Assembly: GCA_963663865.1 (NCBI GenBank)
Contig: OY760686.1
Span: 960,001-1,024,000 of the forward strand
Length of the DNA stretch: 64,000 nucleotides
Origin: Spirochaetota bacterium
Lineage (GTDB): Bacteria > Spirochaetota > UBA4802 > UBA5550
Direction of reading: 5' to 3'
Shown here: one piece after another, positions 48,038 through 57,964 of the stretch
Position numbering within the stretch: the stretch's first letter is position 1
Layout of the letters: each line of letters begins with the position of its first letter
Notes under the pieces: generated by a model
Seen by the model: the letters and a program-made list of their open reading frames with translations, nothing else
The model's database searches: none
Told to the model about the DNA's origin: nothing
Translations under genes and position numbers: made by a program

Positions 48038-49182
48038 AAGAAAGGATTCTTGTTGTAGACGATGACAGTAATCTGCTGTCGGGAATTGAACGGCATCTTA
48101 AAGCAGTTTACGAAGTACGGACAGCACTTAGCGGAGCTCGGGCTCTGGAAATAATTGAAGAGGAAGATGACTTTGCGGTGGTCCTTTCGGATTACAAGAT
48201 GCCGGGTATGAACGGCGATAGCCTTCTTGCCCGAGTCAGGGCTCTCAGGCCGGAGACTGTCAGGGTCATGCTGACCGGCCAGGCTGATATGGAGGCCGTT
48301 GTAGCGATAGTAAACGAGGGGGAGATTTTCCGCTTTCTGACCAAACCATGCCCGCCGGAGCTTCTGAAAAAGAACATCGAAGACAGTGTCAGGCAGTATC
48401 GTCTTCAGATAACTGAAAAAGACCTCATGTCGAGAACGCTTGGGGGAACGCTTCAGGTAATCATGGATTTTCTTGTCCTTTCTAAGCCGCAGGCGTTCAA
48501 ACGCGGCCTGAGGGCACGCGACATGGTCAAGAAAATGCTGCCCTATCTTCAGGCAGAAAACGAGTGGCAGGTCGAGGTCGCTGCTATGCTCTCTCAGATC
48601 GGCTGCATAACTGTTCCCGACGACATAATTGACAGGATATACAGAAATATCCCGGTACCGCCGGAAGATAAGCTGCTCTATCAGCTTCACGCGAAAACAA
48701 GCAGCGATATCATTAAGAAAATTCCCAGGCTCAACGGGGTAGCCTCAATCATTGAATATCAGGAAAAGTATTATAATGGTACTGGAATTCCAAACGACAG
48801 CGTTAAGGGCGGCGATATACCTCTTGGATCAAGAATTCTGAGGGCTGCCCTCGATTATGAACAGCTCAAATCAACCGGAATGACCGCTGATGAAATACTG
48901 GCTGAGATGAAGAAACGCGCCGCCTGGTATGACCCCGCTGTCCTCAAAGCGCTAATTGAGGCAGCAAAGGCCGACGCGGAGGCGGTTAAACTTGTACGCG
49001 TAATGTCCTCGATGGATGACTTGGCTGAAGAGATGCTGCTTGCCGGCGATGTCGTTACAAATACCGGCCTTGTCCTGGGAACCGAGGGGCAAAAAGTCAC
49101 ACGCGCCCTTATCGCGACCCTGAAGAACCACGCCGCAAACGGCCAGCTTGAGGATACCGTGGAAGTGATGGCGCCTGCTTAG
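48034..49182 (+). CDS. Response regulator with degenerate HD-GYP-like domain
   Basis: REC domain, then LSQIG (for HDIG) and YQEKYYNGTGIP (for HHExxDGxGYP). Confidence 0.88.
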   Translation: MKERILVVDDDSNLLSGIERHLKAVYEVRTALSGARALEIIEEEDDFAVVLSDYKMPGMNGDSLLARVRALRPETVRVMLTGQADMEAVVAIVNEGEIFRFLTKPCPPELLKKNIEDSVRQYRLQITEKDLMSRTLGGTLQVIMDFLVLSKPQAFKRGLRARDMVKKMLPYLQAENEWQVEVAAMLSQIGCITVPDDIIDRIYRNIPVPPEDKLLYQLHAKTSSDIIKKIPRLNGVASIIEYQEKYYNGTGIPNDSVKGGDIPLGSRILRAALDYEQLKSTGMTADEILAEMKKRAAWYDPAVLKALIEAAKADAEAVKLVRVMSSMDDLAEEMLLAGDVVTNTGLVLGTEGQKVTRALIATLKNHAANGQLEDTVEVMAPA

Positions 49183-49356
49183 TGGGCGCATCATCCCGAC
49201 GGCACTGATTTTGTTATTTTTCTGCTTGAACACCTGAGGCGTCTTCTCAAAGAATGTAAAAGGTTATTCACTCCGCCCTTAATCAGGGCCGGGCGGTCTG
49301 CCTGCGGAATGAAGAAGCATTAATATCAGAAATGTGAATTATACAAGGAGACAATA

Positions 49357-50466
49357 ATGACAACCGACGATTCAGTCTGGGTAGACTTTAATACCATGGA
49401 ACTCTTCATGAAAGAGGTATTTATACGTCTCGGAGTATCCGATGAGGAGGCGGCTGTGTGCGCTGATGTTCTGATAACATCGGATAAGCGGGGAATAGAC
49501 TCTCACGGAATAAACAGGCTGAAGCCGATCTACTATGACAGAATAAAAGACGGAATACAGAGCGCTAAAACTGAATTTGAGATCGTCAAGGAAGGCCCGA
49601 CGACCGCGGTTGTCGACGGACATGACGGGATGGGGCATGTGATCGGCAAGCGTTCAATGCAGATGGCCATAGATAAGGCAAAGGAGTTCGGAATGGGCAT
49701 GGTTGCCGTCAGAAACTCAACCCATTACGGAATAGCCGGATATTACGCGATGATGGCAGCAGCGGAGGGTATGGCCGGAATTACTGGAACCAACGCCCGT
49801 CCCTCAATTGCGCCTACATTCGGCGTTGAGAATATGCTCGGGACCAATCCCATTGTGTTCGGCTTCCCGACCGATGAGGATTTTCCTTTCGTTCTCGACT
49901 GTGCAACTTCAATAACGCAGCGCGGGAAAATTGAGGTGTACGCCCGTTCCGGCAAAAACATGCCCGAGGGATGGGTAATACGGACAGACGGATCGTCAGC
50001 TACCGATTCCGAGTCTACTTTGAAAGAGCTGGTGGATGGAACTGCCGCGCTGACTCCGCTTGGCGGAATCGGCGAGGACATGGGCGGATACAAGGGCTAC
50101 GGATACGCTACCGTTGTCGAGATAATGTCGGCTGCTCTCCAGAGCGGATCGTATCTGAAAATGCTTCTCGGATTTGAAAACGGGAAGAAGGTTCCTTACA
50201 GGCTTGGACATTTCTTTATCGCGATAGACATCACCCGCTTTACGGAGCTTGAGGAGTTTAAGAAAACGACTGGAGATATACTCCGCCAGCTTCGCGCTTC
50301 AAAAAAAATGCCCGGTCAGGAAAGAATCTACACCGCAGGCGAAAAGGAGCATGAGGCGTGGCTTTACAGGAAGGACAGAGGCGTTCCGATTAACGACAGC
50401 CTGAAGAAGGACATAATCGCCATGCGCGAAGAACTGGGTATTGAGGGATTTGAATTTCCCTTCTGA
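49357..50466 (+). CDS. Ldh_2-family (malate/L-sulfolactate-type) oxidoreductase
   Basis: GIDSHG, NSTHYG, GTNP, DCATS and GYKGYG motifs. Confidence 0.92.
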   Translation: MTTDDSVWVDFNTMELFMKEVFIRLGVSDEEAAVCADVLITSDKRGIDSHGINRLKPIYYDRIKDGIQSAKTEFEIVKEGPTTAVVDGHDGMGHVIGKRSMQMAIDKAKEFGMGMVAVRNSTHYGIAGYYAMMAAAEGMAGITGTNARPSIAPTFGVENMLGTNPIVFGFPTDEDFPFVLDCATSITQRGKIEVYARSGKNMPEGWVIRTDGSSATDSESTLKELVDGTAALTPLGGIGEDMGGYKGYGYATVVEIMSAALQSGSYLKMLLGFENGKKVPYRLGHFFIAIDITRFTELEEFKKTTGDILRQLRASKKMPGQERIYTAGEKEHEAWLYRKDRGVPINDSLKKDIIAMREELGIEGFEFPF

Positions 50467-50560
50467 GCTTTGAGCTTAACCGAATGAATTATCTTGACTT
50501 GAAGTGAGCAATGTGTATTCTCCGGACAGACGGGGTTAACCTGTCCGTCCGGAGGCTGCC

Positions 50561-51259
50561 ATGCTGACACAGAAAAGCTCTGCGCTCAATACCTGCATCA
50601 GAATTCTCGTTCTTTCCATGCCCTTGCTCCTCAACGATTTTTATCTTCCTCTTGTACCGGAAGAGGCAGTACTTCTGAATTTTATTATCGATGTTATTAT
50701 ATATGTTTTCTGGCAGGGTACGGTCATCTATCTTGCGTATCAGGCGGGGTGGTTTGATTTCAGCGACCTGGGGATTAAGCCTGACAGGTTTATCTGCGAC
50801 ATTCTTTATGGCATTATACTCGCGGCCGGTCTTTTTGCCGCGTACCTCCTTCTTGTTCTCTTTACGGGTTATCTGAAAAAGCATGCCGGAATATCTATAA
50901 CCGGTGAATGGCATTATCCAATGCCTGAAAGCTCGCCGCATCTCAGGTTTGCTTACGTGACCTATCTCGCGCTTACTGCCGGACTGTTCGAGGAGGTTAT
51001 CTACCGGGGAATAGTCATTGCCCAGCTGAGAAGGCTTACTGCAAACCGTGCTCTCCTTGTACTCGCTTCAGCATTTGTCTTTACAGCCATTCACTGGTCC
51101 AACGGCCCGCTGACCTGGATCGAGGCCTTTGTTCTGGGGGCCTTCTGGGCCGGGCTTTTCATCCGTACGGGACGCATTATTCCGATAATGACGGCCCACT
51201 TTATTTTTGACTTCGTGACAATATACGGCCTTCACGGGATCATTCTCGGAGTGGGCTAA
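50561..51259 (+). CDS. CPBP-family intramembrane metalloprotease
   Basis: EEVIYRG, FTAIH and AHFIFD motifs. Confidence 0.9.
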   Translation: MLTQKSSALNTCIRILVLSMPLLLNDFYLPLVPEEAVLLNFIIDVIIYVFWQGTVIYLAYQAGWFDFSDLGIKPDRFICDILYGIILAAGLFAAYLLLVLFTGYLKKHAGISITGEWHYPMPESSPHLRFAYVTYLALTAGLFEEVIYRGIVIAQLRRLTANRALLVLASAFVFTAIHWSNGPLTWIEAFVLGAFWAGLFIRTGRIIPIMTAHFIFDFVTIYGLHGIILGVG

Positions 51260-52626
51260 TTTCCCGTTATTTTCTTATAAGGCCTGGTCATGTAGTCTTT
51301 CATGCCCTCTGCCATTTTCCTGTACACAAATGGAATTGAGGTCGCCCAGTAACCGGCGAAGACAGCGAGTCTCTTGAGCATTGAGCGGTTAGGGAAATCG
51401 TACAGTCCGTTTTGCCGGTAGTACCTATGGTCCTGTTTGAAAACAATGCGGAGTCCGGAGTAGACCTCGTCTCTGAAAATCTTTAAGCCTGCTGTTTTTC
51501 TGAACGTTGGCGGTGCAATGTAGGCTGATTCGGAGAACCTTGAGAGCCTTGAGGCAAGCGCGGCCAACTGGCTGTCTATTGCCGCTGAGCTCGAACAGTC
51601 ATCGGTTGCAAATCCGGCGAGGTTGGCCCCCTGGAACTCAGTGTAAGCGAAGAGCATCTCCTGAAGGTTCTGTTCGGCGGAAAGAGGCCCTGATATAATC
51701 CATGCCAGCTGCTTTCCGCTCAGGGATGGTCGGTGGTTATTGAAAAAGGAACGGTCAAAAAAGCACTTCCACAGCGAAGAGAGGTAGCGGTCCTTCATGG
51801 ATCCCGCGAAGACGAGACAGTCGGCAGTCATCACCCTGGATCTGTAAAAATTGGTAAACCCGTCAATGCCGTCATAGACGCAGACTCCATTTTGACCGCA
51901 TTTCATGCAGCCCATGCAGCCGCCCTTGAAGCCGATGTCTGCCAGAGACGCAATTTCAAGTCTTCCTGTAAAGTTGGCAAGGCGGGCAATCATTCTGCCG
52001 GTGTTTCCGTCAAGGCTGTCTGTGATAACGAGGGTGGACGGACCGGAAAAGGGCTTCATCTTTTTTGATGGCTTTCCGGGCCTGTACGAGAAAGCTCTAC
52101 GCGGAAGCGGAGAAGACATGGCCGGTGCGATAAGCCTGTTGTCGGCACTGAAGGCGGCGTTTATGAAGAACTCGGACAGACGCTGCCTTTCTGAAGCACG
52201 GAGCAGGTCGTCCATCCGGGCTGAAAAAGAGCCTGTGACGTTCATTCCAAGGTCCTCGCAGACTGAGCGTATGTAGTTATGGGCGGTGTGGTCGTAAAAG
52301 TGAATTGAGGTTGATAGCGACGCTGAGTACCTGCCCTTAAAGGCGGAGGCGGATTTGTTCTCGAATATGAGCTCAATAAATCGTTTGTACTGAGAGCAGA
52401 CCAGCATGTAGTACAGCGGAAACGCCCAGATAACAAGGCGCGATGATTTCACCGAGCTGATTATCGAGCTGTAGAGTTTTTTGTCGCGCTCAATCTGCTT
52501 TATGCGTGAAGCGATCTGAATAATATCAAAGTCATGCTCAGGAAACTGTTTTTTTAAGAAAAGCACATACTGCATGGTGACGCTGTTTTCACCCTTGGGA
52601 CTGCCGGCCAGCACTGTAATTTTCAT
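51256..52626 (-). CDS. Tandem flavodoxin-like / iron-sulfur flavoprotein oxidoreductase
   Basis: N-terminal GSPKGENSVT; second domain with CMGCMKC.....C. Confidence 0.85.
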   Translation of the reverse strand: MKITVLAGSPKGENSVTMQYVLFLKKQFPEHDFDIIQIASRIKQIERDKKLYSSIISSVKSSRLVIWAFPLYYMLVCSQYKRFIELIFENKSASAFKGRYSASLSTSIHFYDHTAHNYIRSVCEDLGMNVTGSFSARMDDLLRASERQRLSEFFINAAFSADNRLIAPAMSSPLPRRAFSYRPGKPSKKMKPFSGPSTLVITDSLDGNTGRMIARLANFTGRLEIASLADIGFKGGCMGCMKCGQNGVCVYDGIDGFTNFYRSRVMTADCLVFAGSMKDRYLSSLWKCFFDRSFFNNHRPSLSGKQLAWIISGPLSAEQNLQEMLFAYTEFQGANLAGFATDDCSSSAAIDSQLAALASRLSRFSESAYIAPPTFRKTAGLKIFRDEVYSGLRIVFKQDHRYYRQNGLYDFPNRSMLKRLAVFAGYWATSIPFVYRKMAEGMKDYMTRPYKKITGN

Positions 52627-52655
52627 GATTTCTCCTATAATACCGCTGTTCAGGT

Positions 52656-53216
52656 TTAATCTATAATGTCCTCTTCGATTACTGTGCTGTCGGTGATGTC
52701 AATTATTCGGACAGTGCGGTTTTCGAGAATGGCTATGGTGGCTTTCCCGTCCGGGCGCTTGCTCATTGACGGAGAGCCGGGATTAAGGAAAAGGGTGCCG
52801 CAGTCTTTGTACATTTCAGCTATGTGGGTGTGGCCAGTAATGAAGAGGTCAGTTCCATACCTCGCGGCCAGGCCTTCGCGCATCTCGCGTGTTGTGGAGT
52901 GTCCGTGGCAGACGAGAATGCGCAGCCCGTTATCGTATATATGGGCGAATTCCGACTCAATGGGGAAGTCGAGCACCATAGCGTCCACCTCGGAGTCGCA
53001 GTTCCCGCGGGCGGCGATTATGGGCACAGGGCATGAGTTGAGAAGCTTCGAAAGGGAACCCGGGCCGTATTCATCGGGTATGCTGTTGCGGGGCCCGTGG
53101 TAGAGGATGTCTCCCGCGTGAAGAATCAGGCCGCAGTCACTGAGATAACGGCTGAATACGCGCTTCCAGGTTTCTGCGCAGCCGTGAGTATCGCTTATTA
53201 TACCGGTTTTCATCAT
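52656..53216 (-). CDS. yfcE: YfcE-family metallophosphodiesterase
   Basis: ISDTHG, HAGDILYHGPRN, RGNCDSEVD, GHTH and NPGS motifs. Confidence 0.9.
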   Translation of the reverse strand: MMKTGIISDTHGCAETWKRVFSRYLSDCGLILHAGDILYHGPRNSIPDEYGPGSLSKLLNSCPVPIIAARGNCDSEVDAMVLDFPIESEFAHIYDNGLRILVCHGHSTTREMREGLAARYGTDLFITGHTHIAEMYKDCGTLFLNPGSPSMSKRPDGKATIAILENRTVRIIDITDSTVIEEDIID

Positions 53217-53348
53217 CCCCCCTGATAATAAATACACTATCGGGGGCAGCCGGGGAGTCAAGGAAAAAGCGTGATTAATAATTGGTTGACTGAATCGTAA
53301 AAATCGGCTAAAAAGGGTTAATGAGACTCTCATTATAGGGATTTTTTT

Positions 53349-53660
53349 ATGGATGAATTCAACTCAACGCTCGATTTTGTGACGGAGGACGGAAGGCCCG
53401 TGTACGGTGATGTCACTGTTTACGCGCTTTCAACGTGCGGTTTCTGCAAACGGGCCCTGGCGTTTTTACGGGAAAACGGAATCAGGTTCAGATATGTCTA
53501 TGTTGACAGCATTGAATTTGAGGTTAAGAAGAAGCTCAAACAGGCCCTGAACGATACATACGGCAAGAGTGTTGGTTTTCCCTATCTCGTTATTGACGGC
53601 AGGGAAGCCCATGTCGGTTTTTCCGAAAAGGACTGGAAGGAGATATTTAAATTACTGTGA
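53349..53660 (+). CDS. Glutaredoxin-like (NrdH-type) protein
   Basis: YALSTCGFC active site and FP cis-Pro motif. Confidence 0.88.
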   Translation: MDEFNSTLDFVTEDGRPVYGDVTVYALSTCGFCKRALAFLRENGIRFRYVYVDSIEFEVKKKLKQALNDTYGKSVGFPYLVIDGREAHVGFSEKDWKEIFKLL

Positions 53661-53691
53661 CGGGAACAAAAACGGCAAAGGAGCGCCGCTT

Positions 53692-54018
53692 ATGAACAGG
53701 GAAAAAACTGCTGAAGATGTTATGCGGTTCGTCCGGATGACAGCGGATAAACAGGGCTGGAAGCTCAATCCGGACGCGGAGTTTCTGACGATGATCGTTG
53801 AGGGGCTTGCCGTCAACTATAACCGCTACGGTTATTTCGCCTGTCCGTGCAGAGACGCGGACGGCGACAGGGAGCTCGACGGCGACATTATATGCCCCTG
53901 CGAGTACTGCCGGCCGGACCAGGCCGAGTTCGGGCACTGTTACTGCGGGCTGTATCTGACTCCGGATTTTTTTGCATCAGGGAAAGCCCCCGCGTCTATA
54001 CCGGAGCGGCGTCAATAA
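53692..54018 (+). CDS. Ferredoxin:thioredoxin reductase catalytic-subunit-like protein
   Basis: CPC...CPC...CYC motifs; start moved to the ATG at 53692 after AAGGAG. Confidence 0.92.
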   Translation: MNREKTAEDVMRFVRMTADKQGWKLNPDAEFLTMIVEGLAVNYNRYGYFACPCRDADGDRELDGDIICPCEYCRPDQAEFGHCYCGLYLTPDFFASGKAPASIPERRQ

Positions 54019-54188
54019 GGCGGCAGTTCAGCTCGTTCTGAATGTGTCTAATTTTGCATGTTTTATGAATAAATACTGGAAAATTATGGCACTCTTGCTG
54101 ATTGTGTCACAGTATCGGGCGATGCAGCGATACCGGCCGCTTTAAGGGCTGTGAGTCATAAAACAATAAACTTAAAGGAGTTAAACGT

Positions 54189-55181
54189 ATGATTAGCTAC
54201 AAGGAAATTGGTCTTGTCAATACCAGAGAGCTTTTTAAAAAAGCTGTGGCCGGCGGATATGCTATCCCGGCTTATAACTTTAACAACATGGAACAGCTTC
54301 AGGCGATTATCGGGGCCTGTGTTGAGACATCTTCGCCGGTCATTCTTCAGGTTTCTTCAGGTGCCAGAAAGTACGCGAACCAGACTCTTCTCCGCTACAT
54401 GGCGGAAGGCGCTGTTCAGTATGCGAAGGAGCTCGGAAAGGAGATTCCCATTGTGCTTCACCTCGATCACGGTGATACCTTCGAGCTATGCAAGAGCTGT
54501 GTTGAAACAGGATTCTCTTCTGTCATGATTGACGGATCTCATCACTCTTATGAGAAGAACGTTGAGCTGACCTCTCAGGTAGTTGAGTACTGCCACAAGT
54601 ACGATGTTACTGTCGAAGGAGAACTTGGGGTTCTTGCCGGAGTGGAGGACGATGTTGTAGCCGAGCATTCAACCTACACACAGCCTGAAGAGGTTGAGGA
54701 CTTTGTCAAGAAGACAGGAGTTGATTCGCTTGCTATATCAATCGGAACCTCTCACGGGGCGCACAAGTTTAAACCCGAGCAGTGCACAAGAAACGAGAAG
54801 GGCATTCTCGTGCCGCCGACACTGCGCTTTGACATACTTGAGGCAATCGAGAAGAGAATTCCGGGATTCCCGATCGTGCTTCACGGATCATCTTCAGTTC
54901 CACAGGATCTTGTCGAGATAATCAACGCCAACGGCGGAGCGCTCAAGGATTCAATCGGTATTCCGGAAGAGTGGCTCAGAAAGGCCGCTTCGTCTGCTGT
55001 ATGCAAAATAAACATCGACTCAGACGGACGTCTCGCCATGACTTCAGCCATCCGCAAGGTGTTTAAAGAAAATCCAGCTGAGTTCGACCCGCGAAAGTAT
55101 CTTGGGCCGGCAAGAGACGCCCTCAAGGCGCTCTACATGGAAAAAAACAAGAACGTTCTTGGTTCAGCCGGAAAGGCATAA
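54189..55181 (+). CDS. fba: Class II fructose-bisphosphate aldolase
   Basis: LHLDHG, SVMIDGS, VEGELG, GTSHG, VLHGSS, KINIDSD and FDPRKYL motifs. Confidence 0.97.
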   Translation: MISYKEIGLVNTRELFKKAVAGGYAIPAYNFNNMEQLQAIIGACVETSSPVILQVSSGARKYANQTLLRYMAEGAVQYAKELGKEIPIVLHLDHGDTFELCKSCVETGFSSVMIDGSHHSYEKNVELTSQVVEYCHKYDVTVEGELGVLAGVEDDVVAEHSTYTQPEEVEDFVKKTGVDSLAISIGTSHGAHKFKPEQCTRNEKGILVPPTLRFDILEAIEKRIPGFPIVLHGSSSVPQDLVEIINANGGALKDSIGIPEEWLRKAASSAVCKINIDSDGRLAMTSAIRKVFKENPAEFDPRKYLGPARDALKALYMEKNKNVLGSAGKA

Positions 55182-55208
55182 TAAACATCAGCAAAACAGC
55201 TTAATCGG

Positions 55209-55242
55209 AGGCGGCCCTCACATGGGACGCCTCTTTTTTTTT
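55209..55242 (+). terminator. Rho-independent terminator after fba
   Basis: GAGGCG..CCC/GGG..CGCCTC stem followed by a T-run. Confidence 0.75.
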
Positions 55243-55438
55243 GGGGGGGGGGATAAGGCCAGCCGTCGGCCCTGCGCCTGCGAAATAATCGTCATTAATT
55301 CGATGATTAAGCTGTACGCACATGCCCTCAGTTCCTCAAAAAAAGGCTGGACATGCCTGAGCGCTGAAACATTCTGAAGATTCAGGGGTCTAATTCCCTT
55401 AAATTAAAGCTTTTGAATGTTCGAATGAGGATATTATC

Positions 55439-55858
55439 ATGAAAAAAACTGCTTATGCTGTCCTTTTTGCCTCGGCGCTATTTTTCTCCTTTTCCGGAAT
55501 GGATTGTGAAGACGGCGGCGGAATCGAGCTCAGGGTTGTAGGAACAAACGGCAATTTTACCGGATACTACATCATAGACGGCGGCGGAGAACATCATTTT
55601 TCCGGGGAAGACCAGGGGAGCGGGTTCTACAAGTTCAGCGAGAAGCTCGGAACCTTCGATTATGTCGATATATCTGTAACCAAGTCTGTTTCCGAGTCTG
55701 CCCTGGATGTTTATCTCTATGATATCAACGGCGATCTTATAAAGAAAGAGAACAACTCTTCGTGCACGGCTGGAGCCAACAGCACTACTACATGCGATAA
55801 CAGCGTTGACATGAGCTACACCTACAAGGTTAACGATACATCAAGCAGCACCGAGTGA
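55439..55858 (+). CDS. Small exported (possibly lipo-) protein, hypothetical
   Basis: GAGG RBS; signal peptide followed by Cys; beta-rich mature part. Confidence 0.7.
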   Translation: MKKTAYAVLFASALFFSFSGMDCEDGGGIELRVVGTNGNFTGYYIIDGGGEHHFSGEDQGSGFYKFSEKLGTFDYVDISVTKSVSESALDVYLYDINGDLIKKENNSSCTAGANSTTTCDNSVDMSYTYKVNDTSSSTE

Positions 55859-56079
55859 TGTGAGGGGATGAATATTTTTCGTCCGATTCGGAGATAAAAT
55901 CTGTAACAAAGACGGGGCTTCCCCGACAAAAATAGTGCGGACCGGACAATTGGTCTGCCTCGGTATAAAAACTGACCCGGGTTCCCCGGGTATATTTTTT
56001 AGCTGTAAGCGTTTTTGTGCCGGCAATGAGCCGTTCAGGGGCTTGCCGGGCGCGGGAACGCTATAACATGGAGAGGGAA

Positions 56080-57063
56080 ATGGACTACAAGGAAATTGAA
56101 AAGCTTACAGAAAAGGTGAATGAGACAAACGGCTTTATCAATACTCTTAAGGAGGAGATATCAGGCATAATAATAGGCCAGGAAAAGCTTCTCGACCGGA
56201 TAATCATATCCTACATCTGCGGAGGGCACATTCTTCTCGAAGGACTGCCCGGATTGGCAAAGACCCTTTCAGTGAGGGCCTTTGCGAGGTCAATAGGCAC
56301 AGCCTTCGCCAGGATTCAGTTTACGCCGGACCTGCTTCCGGCCGACCTCATAGGAACAAGGATTTACAATCCGAAGGAGTTAGACTTCTTCACAAAAAAA
56401 GGGCCCATTTTTACGAATATACTTCTGGCTGACGAGATCAACCGGGCCCCTGCCAAGGTTCAATCGGCTCTGCTTCAGGCCATGGAAGAGAGGCAGGTGA
56501 CTATAGGTGATGAGACCTATGAGCTTGAACAGCCCTTCATGGTACTTGCCACAGAAAACCCGATTGAACAGGAGGGTACATATCCTCTGCCAGAGGCCCA
56601 GCTTGACAGGTTTTTCATGAAGGTACTTGTGAGCTATCCGGGAAAGGAAGAGGAAAAAGCGATAATATCAGATTACGGCAAAATTGACCTTGAGCGCGTC
56701 AAGACAGTAACGACGGTTTCAGAGCTGAAGGAAGGCAGGTCGGTTGCTGATTCAATATATATGGACGAGAAGCTGGTTGACTATATTGTTTCCATAGTAG
56801 CTGAAACCAGAACGCCTTCGAGGAAGGAGCTGAGGAAGTACATCGATTTCGGGGCCAGTCCCCGTGCTTCCATTTCGCTTATGAAGGCCTCCAAATGCGT
56901 TGCCTTCATGAAAGGAAGAGGCTTTGTAACCCCGGACGATGTTAAAGAGATCGGCGCCGATATTCTCAGGCACAGAATCATTCTCTCTTACGAAGCGGAG
57001 GCCGACGGAAAGAGCCCTGACGACGTAGTCAGGATGCTTTTTGACTCAGTGGAAGTGCCGTAA
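56080..57063 (+). CDS. moxR: MoxR-family AAA+ ATPase
   Basis: EGLPGLAKT, RIQFTPDLLPAD, DEINRAPAKVQSALL and YPLPEAQLDRF motifs. Confidence 0.96.
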   Translation: MDYKEIEKLTEKVNETNGFINTLKEEISGIIIGQEKLLDRIIISYICGGHILLEGLPGLAKTLSVRAFARSIGTAFARIQFTPDLLPADLIGTRIYNPKELDFFTKKGPIFTNILLADEINRAPAKVQSALLQAMEERQVTIGDETYELEQPFMVLATENPIEQEGTYPLPEAQLDRFFMKVLVSYPGKEEEKAIISDYGKIDLERVKTVTTVSELKEGRSVADSIYMDEKLVDYIVSIVAETRTPSRKELRKYIDFGASPRASISLMKASKCVAFMKGRGFVTPDDVKEIGADILRHRIILSYEAEADGKSPDDVVRMLFDSVEVP

Positions 57064-57073
57064 AGTACGATTT

Positions 57074-57964
57074 ATGAGCGGAGAGCAATCAGGAATGGAT
57101 ACAGCAACAGAAACAGATAAATCGCTCAGACCGGCCGCGGCCATTCTCAGAAAGATACGGCTTCAGACCGGACGGAAGATAAGTACCATGTTCGTGGGTG
57201 AGTATCACTCCGCTTTCAAGGGGACTGGGCTCAACTTCGAGGGAGTGCGCGAGTACCAGTACGGTGACGATGTGCGAAGCATCGACTGGAACGTATCGGC
57301 GAGGCTGGACCATCTGTTTATAAAGGAGTTTACGGAAGAGAGAGAACTTTCGGTGGTTTTCATGGTCGACGTTTCCGGTTCATCCGGATTTGGTTCAGCC
57401 AGGAGAAAGCTCGATGTCATTCACGAGGCCGCCGCGCTTTTCCTCTACCTTTCTCAGATGAACAATGACCGTGTTTCGGTGCTTCTGTTTTCCGACAGGG
57501 TTGAAAAGTACCTGAGGCCGAGAAAGGGCGGCAAGTTTGTTCTGAAGGTGATTGATGAGATGCTCAGGTGCCGCCCCGAAGGGAAGGGCACTGACATCGG
57601 AGCGGCTTGTGAGTTCGTGAGCAGGGTCCAGAAGAAGAGAAGCGTTGTGTTCCTCATATCGGATTTTCTTGAGAATGGGGATAATTACAGGCTGAGGCTG
57701 AAACATCTTTCAAAAAAGCACGACATTATTCCCATTCAGGTTTCCGACCCCCTTGAAAGGAGGGGAACGCATTTCGGTCTTACGGAGTTTCTCGACCTTG
57801 AGACAGGCGAGGTTTTTCTTTCAGATTCCCTGCCTGACGATCTTGCTTTCCCCGAGCTTCAGGACTTCAACAGCATTAAACTGACAACAGCCGAACCGAT
57901 TGAGCCGGCTGTTATGGCGTTTTTTGAACGGCGGAACAGAACCAAACTGATTAAGAACAGGTGA
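57074..57964 (+). CDS. DUF58 (vWA-like) protein
   Basis: VREYQYGDDVRSIDWNVSAR, EERE, DVSGS and ISDF motifs. Confidence 0.93.
   Translation: MSGEQSGMDTATETDKSLRPAAAILRKIRLQTGRKISTMFVGEYHSAFKGTGLNFEGVREYQYGDDVRSIDWNVSARLDHLFIKEFTEERELSVVFMVDVSGSSGFGSARRKLDVIHEAAALFLYLSQMNNDRVSVLLFSDRVEKYLRPRKGGKFVLKVIDEMLRCRPEGKGTDIGAACEFVSRVQKKRSVVFLISDFLENGDNYRLRLKHLSKKHDIIPIQVSDPLERRGTHFGLTEFLDLETGEVFLSDSLPDDLAFPELQDFNSIKLTTAEPIEPAVMAFFERRNRTKLIKNR

Noticed and set aside
55234-55251. T-run followed by a G-run as a phase-variation tract
   Set aside because: It is intergenic at a terminator tail and not within a CDS or evident promoter.
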